The translations under genes and the position numbers were made by a program. Of a DNA stretch of 64,000 bases, positions 28,570 to 39,829 are shown one piece after another (within the stretch, counting starts at the first letter, position 1; each line of letters opens with the position of its first letter). A model generated the notes under the pieces. That model was not told the DNA's origin and did no database searches. It saw nothing but the letters and a program-made list of their open reading frames with translations. The stretch spans positions 1,017,864 through 1,081,863 of the forward strand of contig OW818647.1 of NCBI GenBank assembly GCA_942492855.1. The letters run 5' to 3'. This DNA is from Armatimonadota bacterium. GTDB taxonomy: Bacteria; Armatimonadota; HRBIN16.

Positions 28570-28900
28570 CTATCCACAGATGACGCAGATTACGCAGATT
28601 AGGTAATTGACCGGCCCGGTTTTCCCTTTCCGGGCCGGTCTTTCGGGAAGCTCCGATCCAAAGTACGAGGCCACCGAAATACGGGCTATCCGCCAGCCTT
28701 TTGTCTGAACCACGGATTACGCGGATGGCGCAAGAAGGGCGGTTCGCGAACCGCCCCTACGGACCAGACCGCGCCGGAGATGGGCTGCATGGCGGTCGTG
28801 AGTGTACCGAGAAACCGGCGCGGTCCATTCCCTGATCTGCGTCATCAGTGTAATCTGTGGATATACATCATCTCCTCCGCGCCTTACGCGTCTCCGTGAG
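28570..28900. repeat. REP mosaic (reverse-orientation copy of modules of the 359-bp unit)
   Basis: GACCGCGCCGG...CCGGCGCGGTC hairpin, 9-mer repeats and a GTAG REP. Confidence 0.8.
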
Positions 28901-28968
28901 GCTGACCGTTCCGCATTACCGTCTATGACCGTGTATAATGACGCTAGTTTATCACCGGAGGTGCCTCT

Positions 28969-31461
28969 GTGAAATCCCTTAGTTTGAACGGCGAATGGCA
29001 GATTCGTGGAATAGATGGTCAGCACGGCTACACAGGTCAGTATGTGGGGATCGAGTGTGACACGCGCTACCATTTCCCAGCCACCGTGCCCGGCGAGGTT
29101 CACATGGACCTGATGCGCGCGGGACTCATCCAGGACCCCAACCACGGGCTCAACTCTCTCAGTGCGCGCTGGGTGGAGGAGCATGTATGGGTCTACCGCA
29201 AGAGCTTCACCGCTCCGAAAGAGGCACTCTCTGGACGCAGTTTTCTGGAGTTCGAGCGGCTTGATCTGATAGCTGACGTCTACTTGAATGGGCACAAGCT
29301 AGGACAGCACACCAACAGCTTTTACCCTTGCCGCGTAGAGGTGACGGGGATTTTGCTAGAGGGTGAGAACCTGCTGGCGGTGTCACTGGATGCCGGGCTT
29401 TACCACACCAGTGAGAAGCCGGGAGCCGCCTACACAGGCTGGTTTGACCATCAGTTGCACAAACGTGCCTGGCTGCGCAAGCCTCAAAACCAGTTCAGTT
29501 GGGACTGGCATCCACGCCTGATCAATGTGGGCATCACCAAGGGCGTCTCGCTGGAGTATGGTGCCGATGCGCGAATCGACAGCATCAGCCTGACCCCCAA
29601 GCTTTCTGGAGACCACACTTCAGCGTCCCTGCTGGCGGACGTGCGTGTGGAGAATCTGAACGCCACCCCCACCCAGGTGGAGCTGAGTGTGGCGTGCGGG
29701 GAGCATCGCATCGCGCTGACGCAGGAGTGTCAGCCCGGCATGAACACGCTAAAGCTGGAGCTGGAGGTCGGCCAACCGAAACTCTGGTGGCCCAAGGGCT
29801 ATGGCGAGCAGCCGTTATATGATGTGGGGTTCGAGCTGAAGGGCACCGACGGGCAACTAGTCGAAACACAAAGCCGCCGAACGGCGATCCGCAGCGTGGA
29901 GCTTGAGCAGACCGTTCATCCCGTGGAAGGTAACTACTTCGTGGTCCTAATCAACGGAGTGCGAGTGTTCCTGAAGGGCGGCAACTGGGTTCCGCCAGAT
30001 ATGATCTTTGCGAACATTGATGCGGGCCGGTATCGCCGACTGGTAGAGCTGGCCGTGGAGTCAAACTGCAACGCGCTGCGCGTTTGGGGCGGCGGTCTGT
30101 ATACCGAGAACGAGTTCCTGGACGCCTGCGATGAGCTGGGCGTGGTGATCTGGCACGACTTCATCTTCGCATGCTGCCAGTATCCGGCCGATGACCAGAC
30201 CTGGCTGCAGGATGTGCAGCGCGAGGTGGATTTCGTGACGCGGCATATCTCGCACCACCCGTCGCTGTGCGTCTGGTGCGGCAACAACGAGCTGGAGTGG
30301 GGGTTCTGGGACTGGGGTTTCCCCGGCATGAAGGTGCATCCCGACCACAGCCTGTATCACATCCATATTCCGCGGATTGTGAAGCAGAACGACCCCTCAC
30401 GCCCCTATTGGCCCAGCTCGCCGTATAGCACAGACTGCCGGCATCCGCAGGACCCGCATACGGGCGACCAGCACCCGTGGGGTGTGAGCCTGCAGGTGGA
30501 TGAGACGAACTTCTATGCCTACCGCACCTACACCGACCGCTTCCCTAACGAAGGCGGTGTGTTGGGCTGTAGCAATTTGGCCACGCTGAAGCAGTTCCTA
30601 CCGGAGGGTCAACAGCACGTGGGCTCCCCCAGTTGGGAGCATCACGACAACGCGACCAACTACTGGCGAAATCCTCTCTCTGAGGCGATGCTGAAGGACT
30701 GGTTGGGTAAAAGCGGAAGCCAGTTTGAGCTGGAGGAGTATGTCTACGCCAGTGCTATGCTGCAGGCTGAAGGTCTGAGCGAGTACGCCGCGAACTACCG
30801 CCGGCGGAAGTGGGACAGCAGTTGCGCCATCTTTTGGATGTACAACGACAGTTGGCCCACCACCCACGGATGGACCATCGTGGACTATTATGAGCGCCGC
30901 AAGCCCAGTTTCTACGCCATGAAGCGCGCGTTCGCGGATATCACGGTCATCTGCGTCTCCGAGGAGCGCAGCATCAAAATCTACGGCGTGAATGACACTC
31001 AGCAACCGTTCGATGGTCAGTTGTGGTGCGGACTGTTTGGTCTGGACGGCTCCATGCCGGGTGACAACAAGCTGGATGTCCACATCCCCGCCAACAGCAG
31101 CGTGGAACTGGCTGAAATGCCCAGCCTGCTGCTTCGCGAGCAGGGCATTGAAAAAACCGGCGTGTTCGCACAGTTGTGGGATGGTGCCCACATGGTGGGG
31201 CAGCACCGGCTGTTCCTGGGACGGTTCAAGGAGATGAGCTTCACAGTTCCTAAGGTCAAGATCGACTGGCTGGATGACCACGCCATATTCCTGGCCGATG
31301 GCTTCGTGTGGGGCGTGTGCATCGATGAGCTGGGCGAGGAGAGCCTGCCGGACAACTACTTCGATCTGCTTCCCCATGTGGAATACCGCATACCCTGGCC
31401 GGAGTCGCATCCGCTGCCGAAGGTGCTGCGCATCGGCAACCGGCTGTGTGAGCAGGGGTAG
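28969..31461 (+). CDS. GH2 beta-mannosidase-like glycoside hydrolase
   Basis: WDWHPRL, LWWPKGYGEQPLY, GGNWVP, RVWGGG, WHDFIFAC, WCGNNE, GDQHPW and FWMYND motifs; GGAGG RBS with GTG start. Confidence 0.92.
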   Translation: MKSLSLNGEWQIRGIDGQHGYTGQYVGIECDTRYHFPATVPGEVHMDLMRAGLIQDPNHGLNSLSARWVEEHVWVYRKSFTAPKEALSGRSFLEFERLDLIADVYLNGHKLGQHTNSFYPCRVEVTGILLEGENLLAVSLDAGLYHTSEKPGAAYTGWFDHQLHKRAWLRKPQNQFSWDWHPRLINVGITKGVSLEYGADARIDSISLTPKLSGDHTSASLLADVRVENLNATPTQVELSVACGEHRIALTQECQPGMNTLKLELEVGQPKLWWPKGYGEQPLYDVGFELKGTDGQLVETQSRRTAIRSVELEQTVHPVEGNYFVVLINGVRVFLKGGNWVPPDMIFANIDAGRYRRLVELAVESNCNALRVWGGGLYTENEFLDACDELGVVIWHDFIFACCQYPADDQTWLQDVQREVDFVTRHISHHPSLCVWCGNNELEWGFWDWGFPGMKVHPDHSLYHIHIPRIVKQNDPSRPYWPSSPYSTDCRHPQDPHTGDQHPWGVSLQVDETNFYAYRTYTDRFPNEGGVLGCSNLATLKQFLPEGQQHVGSPSWEHHDNATNYWRNPLSEAMLKDWLGKSGSQFELEEYVYASAMLQAEGLSEYAANYRRRKWDSSCAIFWMYNDSWPTTHGWTIVDYYERRKPSFYAMKRAFADITVICVSEERSIKIYGVNDTQQPFDGQLWCGLFGLDGSMPGDNKLDVHIPANSSVELAEMPSLLLREQGIEKTGVFAQLWDGAHMVGQHRLFLGRFKEMSFTVPKVKIDWLDDHAIFLADGFVWGVCIDELGEESLPDNYFDLLPHVEYRIPWPESHPLPKVLRIGNRLCEQG

Positions 31462-31559
31462 GGTTTAGTGGATTAATCGGTCGGATCGGTCCGATCCGGC
31501 CGATCCCGTGGGGCGACCGCCGGTCGCCCCATCCGCGTAATATGAACTGGCTAGCATGC

Positions 31560-32849
31560 TTACTCGAGCTTCGCGCCTTCCACGATCCGGCTGTAACCGC
31601 CCAGGAAGGGGCGCAGCGGCTCGGGGATCAGGATGCTGCCGTCGGCCTGCTGGTAGTTCTCCATGATGGCGATCATCACACGGGGCAGAGCCAGACCTGA
31701 GCCGTTCAGCGTATGCAGATACTCGGGTTTGGCACCCGCTTCCGCACGGTAACGGATGTTCGCACGCCGGGCCTGGAACTCCATGAAGTTGCTGCAACTG
31801 CTGACTTCCAGCCACTCCGCGCAGCCAGCCGCCCACAGCTCCACATCGTATTTCATTGCCGCGGTGAAGCTCAGGTCACCAGTACACATCTGCAGCAGTC
31901 GGTAGGGCAGGCCAAGCACTTTTGCGACATCAATCGCGTCGTTCACCAGCTTGTCAAGCTCCTCCACACTCGTTTCGGGTGTGACCAGTTTCACCATCTC
32001 CACCTTGTCAAACTGGTGGCCGCGCTTGATGCCGCGCACATCGCGCCCCGCCGACATCTTTTCGCGGCGGAAGCAGGCGGTGTAAGCCACATACTTCACC
32101 GGCAGCTCAGAGGCGTCAAGGATCTCGTCGCGGTGGAAGTTCGTCACCGGCACCTCAGCGGTCGGCACCCACCAGAGGTCTTCCTCGGCGTCGTGGTATA
32201 GGTTATCGCCGAACTTCGGCAGATTGCCCGTGCCCACCAGCGCCTCCTGCTTGACCATGTAAGGTGGGTAAAGCTCCGTGTAGCCGTGCTGAGTGGTGTG
32301 CAGGGTGAGCATGAAGTTGATGACCGCGCGCTGGAGGGCCGCCCCAGCGCCGCGCAGCACGTAGAACCGCGATCCGCTGATCTTCACACCGCGCTCGAAG
32401 TCGATGATGCCCAGCTTCTCCGCCAGTTCCCAGTGGGGTATCGGCGTGAAGTCGAACTGTGGCAGCTCTTGCTGCTGGAAGGTCACCACATTCTCGGTGT
32501 CGTCCTTGCCGATCGGCACAGAGGGGTGCGGAAGGTTCGGCACGCGCAGCATCTGCTCGTCAAAACTCTGAGCGATACTCATCAGCTCCGCCTCGAGGGC
32601 CGACACCTTGTCACCCACCTCGCGCATGGCGGCGATTTTAGCCTTCTTTTCCTCTGGCTCCTTGATGCGGGGAATCTCTTTGCTGACCGTGTTGCGTTCC
32701 GCGCGCAGCACGTCGATCTCGGTCATCAGCTCTCGGCGTTTGACATCGATGCTGATGAGGTTGTCCACCATCGCGGGGTCTTCGCCCAGCGCACTCAGCC
32801 CCTGCTTTACAAGGTTTGGATTTTCACGGATCAAGCGGATATCAAGCAT
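31560..32849 (-). CDS. serS: Serine-tRNA ligase
   Basis: MLDIRLIREN start with GGGAG RBS; PTAEVP, CFRREKMSAGRDVRGIKRGHQFDKVE, EVSSCSN and HTLNGSGLA class-II motifs. Confidence 0.98.
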   Translation of the reverse strand: MLDIRLIRENPNLVKQGLSALGEDPAMVDNLISIDVKRRELMTEIDVLRAERNTVSKEIPRIKEPEEKKAKIAAMREVGDKVSALEAELMSIAQSFDEQMLRVPNLPHPSVPIGKDDTENVVTFQQQELPQFDFTPIPHWELAEKLGIIDFERGVKISGSRFYVLRGAGAALQRAVINFMLTLHTTQHGYTELYPPYMVKQEALVGTGNLPKFGDNLYHDAEEDLWWVPTAEVPVTNFHRDEILDASELPVKYVAYTACFRREKMSAGRDVRGIKRGHQFDKVEMVKLVTPETSVEELDKLVNDAIDVAKVLGLPYRLLQMCTGDLSFTAAMKYDVELWAAGCAEWLEVSSCSNFMEFQARRANIRYRAEAGAKPEYLHTLNGSGLALPRVMIAIMENYQQADGSILIPEPLRPFLGGYSRIVEGAKLE

Positions 32850-32924
32850 GGCGACACTCCCAGTGTGGTGTTTTGTTCTATGATAGTAGTATATCATTCT
32901 GCGGGAAGCTGGGCGTGAGAACCC

Positions 32925-34204
32925 GTCTCACGCGAAGACGCGAAGGTATGGCCGCGCCGGTCTTTTCCCTGGGCAGGCAGCTATTGGCACGAAGGGGAGA
33001 ATCATCCACAGATTACTCAGATTACTCAGATTACACAGATTACACAGATTAGTTAGTGGACCGCGCCGGTTTCTCGGTATGCTTCCGACCGCTATGCAGC
33101 CCGCCTCCGGCGCGGTCTGGCGGATAGCCCTCCCTCTCCATCCGAGCCCATCCGTGTAATCCGCGTAATCCGTGGTTCAGACGAATGTCCGGCGCGGTCT
33201 GGCAAGTAGGGGCGATCGGCGATCGCCCTCCCCGCCCCGGGTTTAGTCACCCCACGGGACTGGCGTCCCTAAGGGGTTCCTGCACCGCACGGCTGATCAT
33301 TAGCGGCCGGTGTCGCTTCGCTCCGACCGGCGCAGGAGAAGCGCCGCATTCCGATTGCCTATGTCCCGGTTGGAGAATTCATCCACAGAAGGTACCAAAA
33401 GCGCCGATTAGGTAATAGACCGCGCCGGTTTCTCGGTACGCTTCCGACTGTTTTGCAGCCCGTCTCCGGCGCGGTCTGGCGGATAGCCCTCCCTCTCCAT
33501 CCGAACCTATCCGTGTAATCCGCGTAATCCGTGGTTCAGACGAATGTCCGGCGCGGTCTGGCAAGTAGGGGCGATCGGCGATCGCCCTCCCCGCCCCGGG
33601 TTTGGTCACCCCACGGGACTGGCGTCCCTAAGGGGTTCCTGCACCGCACGGCTGATCATTAGCGGCCGGTGTCGCTTCGCTCCGACCGGCGCAGGAGAAG
33701 CGCCGCATTCCGATTACCTATGTCCCGGTTGGAGAATTCATCCACAGAAGGTACCAAAAGCGCCGATTAGGTAATAGACCGCGCCGGTTTCTCGGTACGC
33801 TTCCGACCGCTATGCAGCCCGTCTCCGGCGCGGTCTGGCGGATAGCCCTCCCTCTCCATCCGATCTCATCCGTGTAATCCGCGTAATCCGTGGTTCAGAC
33901 GAATGTCCGGCGCGGGTTGGCCCATATCGAAGCCGGTCAGCCACGCTGCCGCGGGTTTAGTCACCCCACGGGACTGGCGTCCCTAAGGGGTTCCTGAACC
34001 GCACGGCTGATCATTAGCGGCCGGTGTCGCTTCGCTCCGACCGGCGCAGGGGAGGTGCCGCATCCCGATTTGCCGATGTCCGGCGTAGCAGAATTCATCC
34101 ACAGATGGCCCAGATGACACCGATTAGGTAATAGACCGCGCCGGTTTCTCGGTACGCTTCCGACTGTTTTGCAGCCCGTCTCCGGCGCGGTCTGGCGGAT
34201 AGCC
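32925..34204. repeat. Tandem array of about 359-bp REP-mosaic units (3 full + 1 partial) with a head module
   Basis: Unit start GACCGCGCCGGTTTCTCGGTA at 33059, 33418, 33777 and 34134; head TCTCACGCGAAGACGCGAAGG at about 32925; GATTAC(T/A)CA 9-mers at 33011-33051. Confidence 0.95.
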
Positions 34205-34222
34205 AAACTGTTTTCGAACCTC

Positions 34223-34723
34223 TTACGTAAGCTTATCAAGCCGACGACGGAACTCCGCGATCAATGGATCAGCCTTGAATCGTGATCTGTCGCATATACT
34301 CTGAGCTGCGGCCAAAGCATCGGCGGATGTAAGCTGACCCACCTCAACCAACTCGATCAGAATCTCTAGCCCCCATCTAGCATCAATACCATCAGAAATG
34401 GCCGCGTTAAGCAGTGCTCGATCATTAGTGTATAGTGTTCCTTTACAGTCTCGAGCATAAATCAGGCAAATCCTGTCACGAAATGACAATCCCCCACGCC
34501 GGGTGACGGCCTCTACCACAACCTGAATATCGGGCTCAACAACGCTTAACGCAAATCGTTCAATGGACATATCGTCAAGCTGATTGACTTCTTGTAAGAT
34601 CGGCGATAGTATGACGATCTTTCCGAGCGATGATGCGGCAAGACCGAGAAGACAAGGGTCTTCCAGACATATGTCGATCAGAACGCATGCATCGAGTATG
34701 AGCAAACGATCAGCCGCGACCAA
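34223..34723 (-). CDS. PIN-domain-like protein (putative ribonuclease toxin)
   Basis: N-terminal LLILDACVLID, then LSFRD..CL and LYTNDRAL acidic motifs; 1 nt downstream of the peptidase gene. Confidence 0.75.
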   Translation of the reverse strand: MVAADRLLILDACVLIDICLEDPCLLGLAASSLGKIVILSPILQEVNQLDDMSIERFALSVVEPDIQVVVEAVTRRGGLSFRDRICLIYARDCKGTLYTNDRALLNAAISDGIDARWGLEILIELVEVGQLTSADALAAAQSICDRSRFKADPLIAEFRRRLDKLT

Positions 34724-34724
34724 G

Positions 34725-35843
34725 TTAGGCTACCCAGTCCTGCATTCGTTCAATCATCTCTTCAGGTGTAATCCGCAGTATCTCGGCTGCCCTATCGCGC
34801 GTGATCAGTTCCGAATCAATGGCTTGCCTCACTAGCCTGCTAAGTCGATCTTCTACGAAATCCACACTGTCCAGCCGTTTCGGCTCTTGAGATGCCCTGT
34901 TTTCGACCACCTTGAACGCCTCTGGAGTGAGTGGGATCGGCTCATCTTTGCGACTCAAGGAGTGCCCATATCGTCGCTGGTATTGAGAATGGAAGGACTC
35001 CCAGACACGGGGGTACCCCTTCTGCTGAAGCCGATAGAGCACGGTCGCATAGCTCACCCGAAGCATCCTTTTGATTTTGAACACTCGGTCTAGTAAGGGC
35101 TGACCTCGGGTTTCTTCCCATTCCTTATCGAAAATCAGCTCTGGCATCAGGAAATGAGCTGCGAACCTGTTTGCTTCGTCTTCCTCGTTTTGTTCTTCAT
35201 CCTGTCGGTTGGGATCGAAAGAATCAATATGCATCAGTATGTGCCCGAGTTCGTGCGCCGCGCTGAATATCCATCGTTCCACCGGGATTCGATCCCAGGT
35301 ATTGACCACAATGGCCGGTCCGCCGTCAGATGCACCGATAGACAGCCCAAAGAAATACTCGGAATTCACCGCTCGGGGGAAGACCTTCGTGCCGGATTTC
35401 TCGAGCAATCCACATATATCGCGGATTGGCTCAGAGGAAATCCCCAACTCCTGACGAACATCAACAGCTAGTAGCTCAGGACTATCTGCCGTAAGATGAC
35501 AGAGTTTCCAGCCCTCACTACTGCCTGTAAGCTCTTCAAGACCGATATAGTCGTCCAGCCAACCTGCCGCGTCGATCAGGATTTGCTCTCGTGTGTTGAG
35601 CTTGTTGCTCGCCCTGAACCTGACCGCAGTCAAACTTCTAGGAATGGTTGCGAGGTCGGCTATGCCCACTCCTAGCTGGCTGGCGATGGACATGAGCGTA
35701 TTGATCTTTGGCATCGCCTTACCTGACTCGTAGTTACGGAGACTTGCTACGCTGATTTTAGCCAGGTCTGCCACATGCTCTTGTGTAAAGCCTCTGGTGA
35801 GGCGCAGCCTTCTGATGTTGTTACCAATGGTATTGTGTTCCAT
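34725..35843 (-). CDS. XRE-HTH fused to ImmA/IrrE (M78, COG2856) zinc metallopeptidase
   Basis: IGNNIRRLR...TQEHVADLAKISVASLRNYESGK HTH; RWIFSAAHELGHILMH HExxH motif; EDEANRFAAHFLMP. Confidence 0.92.
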   Translation of the reverse strand: MEHNTIGNNIRRLRLTRGFTQEHVADLAKISVASLRNYESGKAMPKINTLMSIASQLGVGIADLATIPRSLTAVRFRASNKLNTREQILIDAAGWLDDYIGLEELTGSSEGWKLCHLTADSPELLAVDVRQELGISSEPIRDICGLLEKSGTKVFPRAVNSEYFFGLSIGASDGGPAIVVNTWDRIPVERWIFSAAHELGHILMHIDSFDPNRQDEEQNEEDEANRFAAHFLMPELIFDKEWEETRGQPLLDRVFKIKRMLRVSYATVLYRLQQKGYPRVWESFHSQYQRRYGHSLSRKDEPIPLTPEAFKVVENRASQEPKRLDSVDFVEDRLSRLVRQAIDSELITRDRAAEILRITPEEMIERMQDWVA

Positions 35844-35865
35844 TTCGACCCTCCACTACATCCCT

Positions 35866-35893
35866 ATTATGGCATAATCATCAGAATTTGCAA
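35866..35893 (-). promoter_or_regulatory. Sigma70-like promoter of the HTH-peptidase/PIN operon
   Basis: Minus strand TTGCAA-N16-CATAAT with TG extension; adjacent AATAC-N5-GTATT palindrome is a possible operator. Confidence 0.5.
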
Positions 35894-35972
35894 ATACTAA
35901 TGGTATTAACATAATTTGATAATACAGCTATTATAAAGCGGGTAATGTCGAGGCACAGCCACTGTGGGCTCT

Positions 35973-36551
35973 GTCTCACGCGAAGACGCGAAGGTATGGC
36001 CGCAGCGGTCTTTCTCCCTTGCAGACAGTTATTGGCCCAAGGGGAGAATCATCCACAGATTACACAGATGGCGCAGATTAGGTAGTGGGCCGCGCCGGTT
36101 TCTCGGTACGCTTCCGACCGCTATGCAGCCCGTCTCCGGCGCGGTCTGGCGGATAGCCCTCCCTTCCCATCCGAACCCATCCGTACCATCCGCGTAATCC
36201 ATGGTTCAGACGAATGTCCGGCGCGGTCTGGCATGTAGGGGCGATCGGCGATCGCCCTCTCCGCCGCGGGTTTAGTCACCCACACGGCTGATCAATAGCG
36301 GCCGGTGTCGCTTCGCTCCGACCGGCACAGGGGAAGCGCCGCATTCCGATTACCTATGTCCCGGTTGGAGAATTCATCCACAGAAGGTACCAAAAGCGCC
36401 GATTAGGTAATAGACCGCGCCGGTTTCTCGGTACACCTCCGACCGCAATGCAGCCCGTCTCCGGCGCGGTCTGGCGGATAGCCCTCCCTCTCCATCCGAG
36501 CCCATCCGTGCCATCCGCGTAATCCGTGGTTCAGACGAATGTCCGGCGCGG
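35973..36551. repeat. Second REP-mosaic array (head + 1 full shortened unit + 1 partial)
   Basis: Same head as at 32925; unit starts at 36088 and 36413 (period 325, lacking the GGGACTGGCGTCCC hairpin). Confidence 0.92.
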
Positions 36552-36569
36552 ATCGATACGCCTTCCGCC

Positions 36570-36598
36570 TTGACATCGCTAGTTGTAAAGGGTATTGT
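36570..36598 (+). promoter_or_regulatory. Sigma70 promoter
   Basis: TTGACA-N17-TATTGT, 77 nt before the ATG at 36676. Confidence 0.7.
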
Positions 36599-36675
36599 AA
36601 CTCAGAGAAGAACACGATATTTGTGTTCGCTGACCTATTTACTGGAAAGACACACCCAATTGTGAGGTCACACGC

Positions 36676-37296
36676 ATGATCACTGCCGGAATACGCCGCA
36701 ACCAGGACCGCTGGCATACGCTGAAACTGAGCTGCATCGCCAGAATCGCCAAAACGGACGGCGCGTTAGGCAACACCATCCTGGCCTGCCTGCTGATCAT
36801 GCTAGCGGACATCATCTGTATGATCGTGACCGAGTCATACCTGCTCTGTGTGGCCGTCAACACGCTGATGGTGGTGGTATGGGGATCAGCCCGGCGCGCT
36901 CATTACCAAGTCGTGCTGCCTACAGCGCTCGTAGCCGCCAGTTTGGCCTTGGTTACGCGTTTGTTTATCGACGGCTTTTTCATGTGCTTCGTCATTTGGA
37001 CAGCAAACTTGATGATTGCACTGCGGCCTGAGCTGTTTCGGCGTTGGCGATATAATAAAGCATTATTAGCTGTTCTATCGGTGATCTCATGTGTGATTAT
37101 CATCGTGCTTCTACCAATTCTGCCGAAGGACATGATATTTAATAACAAACACAACATCATTCCTGACTGGGTGTCGTTTACCATCTTTGGGTATTTCACT
37201 ATGGTTACTGGTAAGCAAATACATGACAGGGTACATGGTCATGATGATGAGGAGGCAGAGGAAGCCGATAGCAGGAGCCTCCCCAACAACGCCTAG
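36676..37296 (+). CDS. Hypothetical membrane protein
   Basis: Five to six hydrophobic segments and an acidic tail; true start may be downstream. Confidence 0.7.
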   Translation: MITAGIRRNQDRWHTLKLSCIARIAKTDGALGNTILACLLIMLADIICMIVTESYLLCVAVNTLMVVVWGSARRAHYQVVLPTALVAASLALVTRLFIDGFFMCFVIWTANLMIALRPELFRRWRYNKALLAVLSVISCVIIIVLLPILPKDMIFNNKHNIIPDWVSFTIFGYFTMVTGKQIHDRVHGHDDEEAEEADSRSLPNNA

Positions 37297-37321
37297 CCAT
37301 GGCTTAACGAACATGCCAAAT

Positions 37322-37350
37322 CCCCTCCCTTCGCAGCGCGAAGGGAGGGG
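37322..37350. terminator. Hairpin between convergent genes
   Basis: CCCCTCCCTTCGC-AGC-GCGAAGGGAGGGG, 13-bp perfect stem. Confidence 0.7.
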
Positions 37351-37356
37351 GTTTCG

Positions 37357-38415
<1,059 letters not shown>

Positions 38416-38490
38416 CGAATCATGACCTCCAAAATCGGCACATCTGGGGCACGGCACGCTGGGGCACGGCACGCCATGCCCCTACTATCG

Positions 38491-39549
38491 TTATCTAACC
38501 CAGATCATCTCTTTGCTGGGCAGAACAGGGAACACGCCATGTGGCTCCGACTGGTACCACAGTGCCAGCGAGCTGATGTCGTCGCGCAGGGGCTGGAAGT
38601 GCCCCTCCTGCCACCAGCCAAGCGCCTGCATGGTCACCTTGAGGTCTTGCTTGAACCGGATGGGGTCCATGATGTGCCAGCGATAAAGGTCAAACGCGGC
38701 CGGCTTGGTCTCCACTCTGCGCGCCATGGGCATGCCCAGGAAAGGGGTGTTATACGGTTCTTCCTTGCCCTTGCTGTCATAGAAGCACCAGGCTCCGCCG
38801 AAGTAGTCCTCAGTGCCTGTTCCGCAGATGGTGGGGTATTTCCCGTCGCCGTCCATGAAGAACTTGATCTCGCCCTCGCCCCACCAACCGCAACTGAAGC
38901 TCATCCAGCTCAGGAAGGTGCCCACGTAGTGGCCCTGTCCCTTCACGCCGTCAAGTATCACGTGCTCTGGGCAGTCCATGGGGGTCACGCTGCGTCGCCA
39001 CTGTGCGTGAAGGTAGGCCGCCTCAGCGGGTACCTCCTGCAGTGCGTAGCTGATCTGGTAGAAGAAACCGCCGATGTCCTTGCCCCATGTGTTTTCGATG
39101 GTCATACGGCAATTTTTGCGAAATGGCATGGGCCAGTAGCTGTTAAATCCGCCGCTTGGGTTGACCGCGATGGGCATGGAGACCACGTTGTGGCGGTCAC
39201 CCTGTCCGTGGCAGAAGAAGTCACCCAGAGGGCACTCAACAGAAGGGGTCTCTTCCCCGTCCCAATACATGCGCAGGATGCACGTTCGGTAGGCAATGGG
39301 GTCTACCGTGATCCAGATGTGCTGGATCAGGCCTGGGCCATCAATCTCAGCCAGCGTCACGGTTTCGCCAGAAGCGACCGTAATACAGGGGCGGACTTTC
39401 CAGCCCTCGCCTAAAAATTCGCTGCACTCACCCGGTTTGGGTGCGACTCTAGCTCCGCCCCCTTTTGCTCCATTGGGGTTCTCGGCGTTGATACTACGGG
39501 TCTCCGCGCTGCTGAGTAGTGCAATGTTGGATAGACTGCTGATAAACAC
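38491..39549 (-). CDS. DUF2961 / GH172-family glycoside hydrolase, copy 1
   Basis: Same motifs, 352 aa, AGGAGG RBS and GTG start. Confidence 0.9.
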   Translation of the reverse strand: MFISSLSNIALLSSAETRSINAENPNGAKGGGARVAPKPGECSEFLGEGWKVRPCITVASGETVTLAEIDGPGLIQHIWITVDPIAYRTCILRMYWDGEETPSVECPLGDFFCHGQGDRHNVVSMPIAVNPSGGFNSYWPMPFRKNCRMTIENTWGKDIGGFFYQISYALQEVPAEAAYLHAQWRRSVTPMDCPEHVILDGVKGQGHYVGTFLSWMSFSCGWWGEGEIKFFMDGDGKYPTICGTGTEDYFGGAWCFYDSKGKEEPYNTPFLGMPMARRVETKPAAFDLYRWHIMDPIRFKQDLKVTMQALGWWQEGHFQPLRDDISSLALWYQSEPHGVFPVLPSKEMIWVR

Positions 39550-39829
39550 AGTGTGTTTAGCCTCCTATGAGGAATTTAGTGGGAGTCTTTTCAATTATGA
39601 CATATTTTCAGACGGGTTCATAACCAGCCAAACAACGCTCTGCATTTGCCATCGTGCCGGGCAGCTTGGGCCACTGACAACCATCAACCATCATGTGCAG
39701 CCGATGGTTGGTAATTCCTTGCACGTTGGTAAAAGGCTTAAGCAATCCTGCGGGTAACAACTCAGCCGTCAGATGAGACTGCCAAGTTAAATCTCAGCAT
39801 TGGCACCGCCTGCAGCAGGCATCCCTACG

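Noticed and set aside
32850-32925. T-box riboswitch upstream of serS
   Set aside because: The leader is short and lacks T-box consensus; upstream DNA is REP mosaic
33185-33774. Two near-identical 76-aa ORFs (33185-33415 and 33544-33774), plus similar ORFs in other REP clusters
   Set aside because: They are read-throughs of GC-rich repeat units, with no RBS or protein-like composition
32925-34204. CRISPR or integron interpretation of the long tandem array
   Set aside because: Units are near-identical end to end with no unique spacers; no attC RYYYAAC/GTTRRRY boxes noticed and no integron integrase nearby
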